18,130 nucleotides of DNA, taken from NCBI GenBank assembly GCA_965369865.1, contig CBDURU010000074.1, forward strand, positions 1-18,130, written 5' to 3'. A program made the translations under genes and the position numbers. This DNA is from an uncultured bacterium (GTDB lineage Bacteria; JAJVIF01; JAPKYR01). The notes below the pieces were generated by a model. The model saw only the letters and a list, made by a program, of their open reading frames with translations, was not told the DNA's origin and did no database searches. Positions 6,501-13,012 of this stretch are shown piece after piece; the stretch's first letter is position 1, and each line of letters opens with the position of its first letter.

Positions 6501-9299
6501 CAGGATCTGGATGACCTGCTCAACCAATTTGATGATGCCCTGGCTGAATTAGATCAGGCGCAGGATGAACTGGATGAGGCTCAGGAAGCATACGATGCCG
6601 CAGAGGAAGCCGCAGAGGAAACTCAGGACAAACTGGATAATTTTGTCGATAACCATGTTTTTTCAGATGTCGTTGGGGGCACACCCGACCACGGTTCGGG
6701 ACATGTCAAATACAAAGGAGTGGACTTTTACTTCAGCGATTTCGATATTTTTCACACAATCTTCAAGATACTTCAGGAATGGATTGATGAAGCTGCGGCA
6801 GCAAATGAAGCAGCACAGGAAGCGTTGATTGAAGCCGACGCTAATCTACTGGCGGCAGATGTGAAACTCCTCGATGCAATGGCCAATGTCGCCCGGTTGC
6901 AGAACGATGTCACCGCGGCACAAAATGCAGTTGTGCAGGCGGAGCAGGAATATATCGACGCCCTGCTGGCATATCTCGATTGTGTAGATTTCGCGCGGCT
7001 ATGCCACGAGATTTTCGGTTGCCCGCCATTTGTCGCGCCACACGAAACCGATCAGGGCGGTCTGCCCGGTGGAGGAGAAGAACCCAGTGATGGTGATCAG
7101 CCTGGGGATGACGAAAGTGAAACCGAACAACCGGGTGTTGAAGAAGGTGAAACCGAACAACCGGGTGACACTGAAGGCCCAACTGATGGTGAGGATGTCC
7201 CGGGTATACCTCCGGGACAGGGAACCGGTGACGGTACCGAAGAGGGCGATCGACCATGTCCGTGCGGTGATTGTGAGGACGAATTGGAAGCCTTGGTGCA
7301 GGCTCATGTTGCACTTGCCAATGCTGAAGATGCTAATGCACTAGCCACCAAAGCATATGTGGATGCAATGACCTCGCTGATGAATGCAACTGAAAAAATG
7401 CAGGATGCTGAACAGGCATTTAAAACTGCAGAGGAAGTGTTGCAGAATACATACGCGCTTCTGGAAAATGCTGAAACGCCGCTTGAAAAAGAAATTTACC
7501 AAAATGCTGTTGATATCGCATTAGACATCGTGATTATGTCTGGAATGAATTATAGGATTGCCCAAATTGCATTTGATGAAGCATTACACCAGGTAGATGT
7601 CGCCGCCGACCATTCCGATACAGCCTGGAACCAGTTCGAACAGGCATTGGAGAATGTCAAAGCCGCGGAACAGGCATATTTCGACTGCCTCGAAGCTCTG
7701 GAAAACTGCAGAAGGCGACATGATTGTGAAGATGAAGGTTCCGAAAGTCGACCTGAGGATCCATCAATTCCAATCCCGAGTGATCCTGAATGGCCTGGAC
7801 CGTGGGGTGGTGATGATGATCAACCAGGCGGTACAATCCCTGGCGATGGTGGGACCCCGGGTGACGGAACCACTCCGGGCGAGCCGTTTGGCGGCGATGT
7901 TCCGGACGATACAAGTTCCGGTGAACTGGGTGAATGCCCATGCGATGACTGTGCCTGGGAACTTGAAATGCTGAAGATGGCAGAGGAATTTATGGAGATG
8001 GCACAAGCGGACTGGCATAATGCCCTGGATGCTTTAATTACCGCTATGGAAGAAACCGCTGCTGCCAAAGGCGATCTTGAATCTCTGGAAGCCCAGGAAG
8101 AAGGCGCACAGGAAGCAGTGGATGAGCTCCAGGAAAAACTCGACGAATTCATGGAAAAGCACGTTTTCGTGAACGGAGTCGGGGGAGATCCGTCTGCTGG
8201 TCCAAACCATGTTGTTTACAAGGGCGTCCACATGTATTTCTCCGACGCCAACATGCTTATGAATGTCTTCGACCTCATTAAAGAAGGGATTGACAAACTG
8301 GCAAACAGCCTTGCTGAAGCTAAGGCGGACCTGGAAGCTGTACAGGAATCGCTCGAATCCGCACGTGAACGCCTTGAAGCTGCAGAAGCAGCCGAGGCTG
8401 AAGCCGAGGCTCGTGAGCAGGAAGCCTGGGAGGCATACGAGAACGCGAATGATTTCTACATCGACGCGCTGGTCGATTACATGTTATGCCTGGCGGACCG
8501 TGCAGCGTGTCTGGAGCAATATCCAGAAGAATGTGCCGGTGAATCTCTCGAACCGGGCGGATCATCTGGAAGCGGAGGTTCTGACGGCAAGAGTGCATCC
8601 GGAAATCAGAATCATAAACAACCCGATCCTGGAGATGATGATGAGGAAGAAGAAGAAGAAGAACCGGTGCAGCCTTATTCTCTGGACGAATTGATTCGGG
8701 ATTTTGACACTTTATTATGGCAAACAACACAGGACCTGGCTGAGCAAGTGCTCATGGTAGATCAGTTAATGGCGGATGTAATTGATGCAAGACAAAAACT
8801 CGATGAGGTTTTCGCGGAACTCGAAGAAGCGATTGTTGAAGCTGGAGAGAAAGCCATGGCAACCGAAGCCCTGGTCAGTTCGATGCCTGACAGCTCCTGG
8901 ATCCTGACGGTTAACGCTGTACCGGATTCCGATTATGAAGTTATGGAACATGGATCATTGTTCATCTATTATCCGTCCGGTTCTGAAGCTGAGATCGAAA
9001 CCTGGCTGATCGAATATGAGGACGAACTTGAGGAGTTTGCGAAACCCGCAGAATTCATGCCTGTCGATCTGGCGAACGCGATCGACGGCCTGAGTAATTC
9101 GCTCGAGGCTTATAATCATGGAATCGGGCTTGTCGCGGGATCGTCGTCAATGGTCGAATCGTTAACCGAATATTCCGGCATGTTAAATGAGCTGGTTGAT
9201 ACGGCTTCCAAAACGTTGAGTGAAAACAATTCAAGTATCCAGGAAGTCATGGATGACCTGGATGCATTACGTGCCGAAGCGGAAGAGCTCGGGCATTAA
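558..9299 (+). CDS. Giant secreted acidic surface protein (2913 aa): signal peptide, 13 IPT/TIG-like Ig repeats, FN3-like middle domain, Cys-bracketed coiled-coil repeats
   Basis: 8.7-kb ORF with a good SD. The N-terminus has a Sec signal (K-hydrophobic-PAAAA). Thirteen ~90-aa repeats follow the pattern P-x-I/V-x-S-I/V-x-P...G...NPDG...F-E/T-V. The C-terminal part has E/D/A-rich heptad segments separated by G/P/E/D linkers. Confidence 0.93.
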   Translation: MHQFTTLTKNIILAGFSLVLFTILGLPAAAAPVVSVVMPDIGVQGAVGLQVDIMGAGFELGGGGEPPVVVFGTGSDGITVIGPVLFIDEFNLTCFIDIEITTPLQSYTVFVVNQSDMQQGFLVDGFTVLEAPTIESINPGQGYTGDLGLAITINGTLLATTYDIDFGSGITLDSIDSVSPNIVECKISIDWLATPGFRDVTIYTESTSVTFPNGFEVLAYNPPMVSGVLPDFGCQSETNIWLTVNGSGFIPGITFDFSPPGITINQVIYGSSSLVTLNIDIGPLAPIGLYDLTCTNIDNQFTTHNDAFEVRDCSPVVDSAFPTQGNPGDTGIAVSISGSYLFGATDVSFGADITVQNFTPINEYQIDVTIDIDPLAIPGFRDIWVTTKYGLGILPNGFEITDIVNPPQITSVDPDIGYQNDIALPVTIFGQNLENVTAVDFGPGISVTFLGAYTGQVDVYLDIDLDAVPGFRNVTVSGSTGDDSLTNGFEVISTTPLIEFVVPDQGQQGSIDLPVTLTGQNFVDVNSVDFGAGITEAIVGITDTAIDVLLNIEALATLGPRNVTVTNIKFQSDVLLGGFTVTEKPVSQPEILGLNPDFGYQSDTGLGVTITGSDFMDGVNVNFNTSDITVQTVFLIDTTTISVTIDITPGAVPGLNNVTVDNPDGGADVLVNGFEIRELPMIESIDPTQAYQGDTIPFSVYGTGFQIGATFYVEPVASYFGITYQVDSATLITGTFVIDPLCPIGFVDIFVQNPDGKTVELPGGFEVLETTVPVPYIESIIPSSAYQGDTFGFQLNGGNFEAGATFHVAPVASFFDITFQVDSPILISGTITIDPLCPIGFIDLFVENPSGHTASMLNSFEVLETTVPLPYIDSIIPSSAYQGDTIGFQLNGGNFQTGATFYVEPVASFFDITYQVDSPTLISGTITIDPLCPIGLVDLFVENPDGHTASMLNSFEVLETTVPLPHIDSIIPVNAYPDDTFGFQLNGGNFQAGATFYVEPVGSFFDITYQVDSPTQISGTIEIDPLCPIGYVDLFVENPDSNTASLYNGFEVLDFSPESPVVDWMDPTGAFQGDTINFQISGGNFQTGATLEFPGLDSFLSLIYQVDSGTLISGTMTIDPTATPGSYDVRITNPDMLYGSLFNGFTVYELVLELAIESINPYQLCRRQFTEVTVLGQAFEPGSEFTVEYSGFPTDYVLVQSVNYVNSTLVYVLIEVTDDAPLDFFDLRVENPDSTYAYGPQIEVIECGEGLLLWEEGLLDILIQYDGPAGVVVESTTSATLQNAGEVSFNDIVVGMTGLVSADGGEIRSENIEIFPSPVGEMGTGQSEVIQVRFSIPMDEELVLFGGGVFMGSLVARDNETGMTASLPVSVTIITTGTQVIEIDPLCLQVDLLGPGVPAGQVPGIFDISEEFPSSLVEYLGGCTDPFPLFQWTAYGSGCDGYMETWLPSFTISVYPIYPSQSPESAVSNNPVWRADGINEEFIQYSPAAEPLSGLYLWQVEAVPEPMPGLAINVYNETPVMSEIRAFCVETDEFQEIPEFIIEGDIMWFPQSLVLNGAGMVEGNLVLSHEIISNLGTDPISISWQDAETGDTLVTWLGNVAVLQLSYESPVPDFGPVTIPFGVNLAPIGNVGPEMGPEDFVIQFWNGGSLICGTDLGLSPSGQLTGMADIGGSVSTFDLTIIWPWEDPCWEVWLDWWLAKTELDEDCEDEWDALEEAEDLVQEFQDALNEANEALDEALDAYLDKLIESMQADLALESAQEACEDFFANHIFSNVINFSDPGGEGWSYFEAFGGQVGIWFLGDEGAELLNFFMDEYGSEYNALWDQLREAQDTKDEADENLEDAENAFDDASDARDAAQQALEDANDEYNVLLADLNNCLAYMNYLAEYVAWLEWFYEDCFRSLPGGTSSGVGTPGLEGGAQGPPIDEGTQPGGVTEDSGTDTQPGTDTGIGRGTGDCPCDDCDDEYADLLIAELFLELAEQDLDDLLNQFDDALAELDQAQDELDEAQEAYDAAEEAAEETQDKLDNFVDNHVFSDVVGGTPDHGSGHVKYKGVDFYFSDFDIFHTIFKILQEWIDEAAAANEAAQEALIEADANLLAADVKLLDAMANVARLQNDVTAAQNAVVQAEQEYIDALLAYLDCVDFARLCHEIFGCPPFVAPHETDQGGLPGGGEEPSDGDQPGDDESETEQPGVEEGETEQPGDTEGPTDGEDVPGIPPGQGTGDGTEEGDRPCPCGDCEDELEALVQAHVALANAEDANALATKAYVDAMTSLMNATEKMQDAEQAFKTAEEVLQNTYALLENAETPLEKEIYQNAVDIALDIVIMSGMNYRIAQIAFDEALHQVDVAADHSDTAWNQFEQALENVKAAEQAYFDCLEALENCRRRHDCEDEGSESRPEDPSIPIPSDPEWPGPWGGDDDQPGGTIPGDGGTPGDGTTPGEPFGGDVPDDTSSGELGECPCDDCAWELEMLKMAEEFMEMAQADWHNALDALITAMEETAAAKGDLESLEAQEEGAQEAVDELQEKLDEFMEKHVFVNGVGGDPSAGPNHVVYKGVHMYFSDANMLMNVFDLIKEGIDKLANSLAEAKADLEAVQESLESARERLEAAEAAEAEAEAREQEAWEAYENANDFYIDALVDYMLCLADRAACLEQYPEECAGESLEPGGSSGSGGSDGKSASGNQNHKQPDPGDDDEEEEEEEPVQPYSLDELIRDFDTLLWQTTQDLAEQVLMVDQLMADVIDARQKLDEVFAELEEAIVEAGEKAMATEALVSSMPDSSWILTVNAVPDSDYEVMEHGSLFIYYPSGSEAEIETWLIEYEDELEEFAKPAEFMPVDLANAIDGLSNSLEAYNHGIGLVAGSSSMVESLTEYSGMLNELVDTASKTLSENNSSIQEVMDDLDALRAEAEELGH
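651..4298 (+). repeat. 13 tandem IPT/TIG-like immunoglobulin-fold repeats within the giant protein
   Basis: Units begin PVVSVVMP, PTIESINP, PMVSGVLP, PVVDSAFP, PQITSVDP, PLIEFVVP, PEILGLNP, PMIESIDP, PYIESIIP, PYIDSIIP, PHIDSIIP, PVVDWMDP and LAIESINP. They end in F(E/T)(V/I) or IEV. Confidence 0.85.
2592..3720 (+). repeat. Four highly similar ~285-bp DNA repeats (Ig units 8-11)
   Basis: GAAGTCCTTGAGACCAC occurs at 2853, 3138 and 3423 (period 285 bp = 95 aa). IDPLCPIG is encoded in all four units. Confidence 0.9.
5622..8534 (+). repeat. Four Cys-bracketed acidic coiled-coil modules separated by Gly/Pro/acidic linkers
   Basis: CPCxDC...Cx6Cx5-7C at 6429-7022, 7257-7727 and 7935-8534, with a degenerate version at 5622-6257. 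Confidence 0.8.
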
Positions 9300-9433
9300 G
9301 AGCTAGTGAAATTGTTATTTAAACCGATATAATCCCCGGGGGGCATTACTGGTATATAAAAACCAGCCAGCCGGGTTTGATTATAAAAATTTTGGAAAGA
9401 ATTAATATTTCAGAGATCAAGCCGGGAGTCGTT

Positions 9434-11458
9434 ATGCGTATTTTCGCAGGATATTTCAGGAAACTTCTATTTATCACAATTCTGATAATGCTGGTGTCAT
9501 CGCCAGGAGTAATAAATGCCCAGGATGAGAGTCCCGACGCCCCGCTTGTCATCGCTGAAATACTGCACCCTTCACTCGAAGAGCCTGTTGCACCACTCGA
9601 TACCCTGATCCTGATCAAAATAGATGAATTTTACGTCGGTTCCGATTACTACTATCTTATCCTCCTCGATAACAAACCTGTTACCGCCCGTTGGGACCCG
9701 GATGCGCTTTCGTTCAGCTATTACCCCGATCGAATGCTTACCACCGGCGAACATTACATCGAGGTTTACATGACGGTAGTCGATGGTCCCGAACGCCAGT
9801 TGGTAGCCGAAGGAACTTTTATCGTGGCCGGAGGAGCACCAGGCCCGATCCCCCAGGAACCCAGTTCGCTGTTCGACCTTGGAACCGCGCCAACACCACC
9901 TCCCACGCCTCCCACATCCGTATCGAGATATTCAACGGATTTCTTCCGGCTCAACGGCCGTGCTAGCATGGATGCCGGGTTTACCGAGCTTGATGGACTA
10001 GGCGCCAGGCTGAGACAGGAACCGGAAAACACGACAATCTTCAACCTAAATGGGACAGGCCGGTCGGAGGGTACGGATTTCGATTTCAGGTTCTATCTGA
10101 CCACCGATGAAACCAGGTACCAGCAACCCCGTAACCGTTATTCCTTCAACGCGGCAACAGACAAATATGGCATTTCGGTCGGCGACACAACCACCCGTCT
10201 GGGAACTTTGCTTCTCGACGGTCTCAGGGTAAGAGGATTAGGGGGTTGGGGGAAATACGGCGCGTTTACAGTGCGAATTGTCGAAGGCGAGGTACGTCGA
10301 GGAACTGAATCGAAGTACGACATAGATGGCAACATTCGACAGCGCGGACAGGGATCTCAGAGGTTGTGGGCAACACGGGTCGGGCTATTCGAGGACAGTC
10401 CATTTTCCCTGGGATTCAGCTATCTGAGCGGCGACGAAAATGCATCCGACACAGGCACGTCCGGTAATCCCGGATCCAACACTGTAAGAAGCGTTGATTT
10501 TTTATGGGAATTCGATGATGGTGCGATCAGGGGTGCATGGGCGGAATCCGACTACAATTTTGACGATCCTGCGATGGCCGACCTGTCCGGTGAGGTAGCA
10601 AGGGAACTTGAGGCCGCGTATAACATCTCAGGACACGCGTTGAAACTGCGATGGCAGTTAATCGACCCGGGATTCAGATCGATTGGACGCTCCTCACTCC
10701 AGAAAGACCGGGAGCAGTGGTCATTCGATGACAGGTTTAATATCAGTCGCGGGATTCTTACCGGACGGCTGTACTACGAAAAATATCATAACAATCTCGA
10801 TGACACGCTGACATATACAACGAATTCAACACGGTATGGCGGTCAGCTCCGTTACCGGTTCGGCTTGCAAGGCCCTACGATAACCCTTGGGCTTGACCGG
10901 ACGGACCGTTCCAACACCGCAAATCAAGGTGATACAGGCTGGCTCGATGAGTCGTCCAATTCGATTATTCTTGGCCTTCAGCAGTCATTCATCATGCCCG
11001 ACTCACGTCACGACCTGAGAGTCAACTGGCGCACGGTCAAGCGCGATAACATCGCGAATCCATCCGGCAACACCACCCAGGATATTATTACAGTGAGCCT
11101 TGTCTCGCGATGGCAGCGTGGATTCTCAATCGATGTCCAGTACGGAAACACGGACAACGATTACACCGGACGCAGCACATTCACGGAAGTCGACCGCTAC
11201 TCGGTACGGCTGAGTTATGCCGATCCGCAGAGGGTTTTCAACGCATGGTCACGTTGGGAGATGGTTGATTCTTCAGGAAACCAGGCGACCTACAACTCCA
11301 GTCGGGAAACCCTTCAGTTTGGAATGAGGTGGAATCTCGGCTCAGACCTGTCGCTCGAGACATCGTTTAATTTAGTGAATTTCGACGACAATTCAGACAG
11401 CGCGAATGATTTTAAAGAACACACTTTCAAAATCATGCTTATCCAGTTGATTAATTAA
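9434..11458 (+). CDS. Predicted outer-membrane beta-barrel protein with signal peptide, N-terminal Ig-like domain and Pro-rich linker (~674 aa; the ORF track start at 9377 is a weaker TTG)
   Basis: GGGAG SD 5 nt before ATG 9434. Signal peptide MRIFAGYFRKLLFITILIMLVSSPGVINA|QD. Linker APTPPPTPP. The rest has many alternating amphipathic strands with aromatic ends (YGGQLRYRF, LQFGMRWNL, LSLETSFNLVNF). Confidence 0.85.
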   Translation: MRIFAGYFRKLLFITILIMLVSSPGVINAQDESPDAPLVIAEILHPSLEEPVAPLDTLILIKIDEFYVGSDYYYLILLDNKPVTARWDPDALSFSYYPDRMLTTGEHYIEVYMTVVDGPERQLVAEGTFIVAGGAPGPIPQEPSSLFDLGTAPTPPPTPPTSVSRYSTDFFRLNGRASMDAGFTELDGLGARLRQEPENTTIFNLNGTGRSEGTDFDFRFYLTTDETRYQQPRNRYSFNAATDKYGISVGDTTTRLGTLLLDGLRVRGLGGWGKYGAFTVRIVEGEVRRGTESKYDIDGNIRQRGQGSQRLWATRVGLFEDSPFSLGFSYLSGDENASDTGTSGNPGSNTVRSVDFLWEFDDGAIRGAWAESDYNFDDPAMADLSGEVARELEAAYNISGHALKLRWQLIDPGFRSIGRSSLQKDREQWSFDDRFNISRGILTGRLYYEKYHNNLDDTLTYTTNSTRYGGQLRYRFGLQGPTITLGLDRTDRSNTANQGDTGWLDESSNSIILGLQQSFIMPDSRHDLRVNWRTVKRDNIANPSGNTTQDIITVSLVSRWQRGFSIDVQYGNTDNDYTGRSTFTEVDRYSVRLSYADPQRVFNAWSRWEMVDSSGNQATYNSSRETLQFGMRWNLGSDLSLETSFNLVNFDDNSDSANDFKEHTFKIMLIQLIN

Positions 11459-11484
11459 GTTCAATCCCATTAAATATTACAAAG

Positions 11485-11610
11485 TTAATACCAGTAGCCG
11501 TTCGGCAGGAGCTTCATAAGGAAAGCATCATGATCTCCATTCGAAGTATGATAATCGGTCCCAGCGCTTAGATCAAAATCAACAGTTCCCCGGAAAGAAC
11601 CTGAAACATA
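11485..11610 (-). pseudogene. Orphan remnant of a paralogous SBBP beta-propeller C-terminus (41 codons + TAA)
   Basis: The minus strand translates to YVSGSFRGTVDFDLSAGTDYHTSNGDHDAFLMKLLPNGYWY*. This is 24/40 identical to the last 40 aa of the adjacent lipoprotein. There is no start codon or RBS at its 5' end. Confidence 0.8.
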
Positions 11611-11619
11611 TTATGCGTA

Positions 11620-13012
11620 TTACCAATAGCCGTATGGCGGCAACCTCATCAGGAAGCAATCGTCACCACCATTCGAGGTATGGTAATCCTCTCCCGGGCC
11701 AGGGTTAAAATCGATGGTTCCCTCGAAATAGCCTGCTATATAGATATAGCCAAGACTATCCACGCTTAAACCATACGGGTTCACAGACGCTTCAGGCGCC
11801 CCCACATGTCTGGCCCAAAGATAATCATCACTCGAATCAAATTTACTCAAGAACATATCACCAGAACCATATGAGGGAAACTCATCGGTTCCTTGACTGG
11901 GATCGAAGTCCACGGTGCCGGCAAAGTTACCTGTAACATAGATTGCCTCGGAAACGTAAAGATCTGTATCACGCCCCGTATCCGAACTGTTCCCTCCCCA
12001 CGTCATAACTCCCTGGTGAAGGCCATCTGTGTCGAACTTGCTTAAAAAGATGTCATTTTCACCATTCGACGTACGCTCGTCTACACCCGAACCTGGGTCG
12101 AAGTCGACGGTAAGCTCGAAACTGCCAGTGACATAAACGTTCCCTGTTGCATCAGTAGCGACTCCATTGCCCCTATCCCAATCCGTCCCGCCCCAGGTAC
12201 GGGCCCATTGGTAATCACCGTTTGTGTTAAATTTACTCAGGAAAACATCTAATTTATGGACAGCTTCTTGCTCGTCAATTCCCGGGCCGGGATCAAAATC
12301 AACAGTATGATCAAAATCGCCCGCGACGTAGATATAGTCTGAGCTATCCACAGTGATGGCCATTGAATACCCATCTATGCTACCAAATTGATACTCGCCC
12401 CAGGTGCGAGCCCACTGAAAATCTCCGTCAGGGTTGAATTTGCTCAGGAATCTGTCCGATTTACTATGCGCTTCATGGACATCACCCTCTGGGCCGGGGT
12501 CGAAGTCAACTTTTTGTGTGAACGTCCCGACTGTGTAAATATTTCCATAACTATCCAAAGCTACATCCTTGCAGCGCGTGTAAGAGTCCTGATTTATGTA
12601 ATGACCCCAGGTGCGAACCCAAATGAAATCCCCGGTCGAGTTATATTTGCACAAAAACGCGTCATAATCTTCCGATTCGCGTTCCTCGACCCCCGGGCCA
12701 GGGTCGAAGTCAACGATTCCATAGAATGAACCCACCACATAGACATTGCCGTAATCATCCGCTGCGACTCCGGGGCATCTCATGTAAACCCATGTTCCCC
12801 AGGTACGTGCCCACTGGAAATCCCCGTTCGCATCGAATTTGCTCAAGAAAGCATCAGCCATACCATCCGAGAAATGCCAATCCTCCCCGGGGCCGGGGTC
12901 GAAGTCGGTGTACTCATCGAAACGGCCGGTGACATAGGCGTTGCCGGAACTGTCCACCGCCAATCCCTGGACTCGATCCTCCCCATAGCCGCCCCAGGTG
13001 CGCGCCCAGCCC
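11620..13012 (-). repeat. ~7 SBBP-like beta-propeller blade repeats
   Basis: Recurring Y(V/I)xGxFxxxxDF(D/N)PG and DxFLxK(F/Y)xxxGxxxWxRxxG motifs at roughly 60-70-aa spacing. Confidence 0.8.

Noticed and set aside
7117..7167. 30-bp direct repeat (ETEQPG x2) as a distinct element
   Set aside because: Simple in-frame duplication within a low-complexity linker.
6429..7952. Heme c or ferredoxin motifs in the Cys clusters
   Set aside because: No CxxCH and no CxxCxxCxxxC pattern; the RLCH at ~7000 lacks the CxxC spacing.
5622..9299. ClyA/HBL-type pore-forming toxin or SMC/Rad50-like protein
   Set aside because: The helix-insert-helix layout is superficially similar, but the inserts are not long hydrophobic tongues. 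There are no Walker motifs, and the protein has a signal peptide and Ig stalk.
9377..9433. TTG start extension of the barrel gene
   Set aside because: ATG 9434 has an SD and gives a normal-length signal peptide.
11611..11622. Stop-codon readthrough or recoding joining the lipoprotein to the orphan tail
   Set aside because: Two TAA codons intervene, TAA terminates other genes here, and the tail lacks the first strand of a blade.
11485..11742. Diversity-generating retroelement TR/VR pair
   Set aside because: Mismatches are not adenine-specific (e.g. GGC/GGT, ACC/ACT, CTG/CTT, TAC/TAT), identity is too low, and no reverse transcriptase is in the window.
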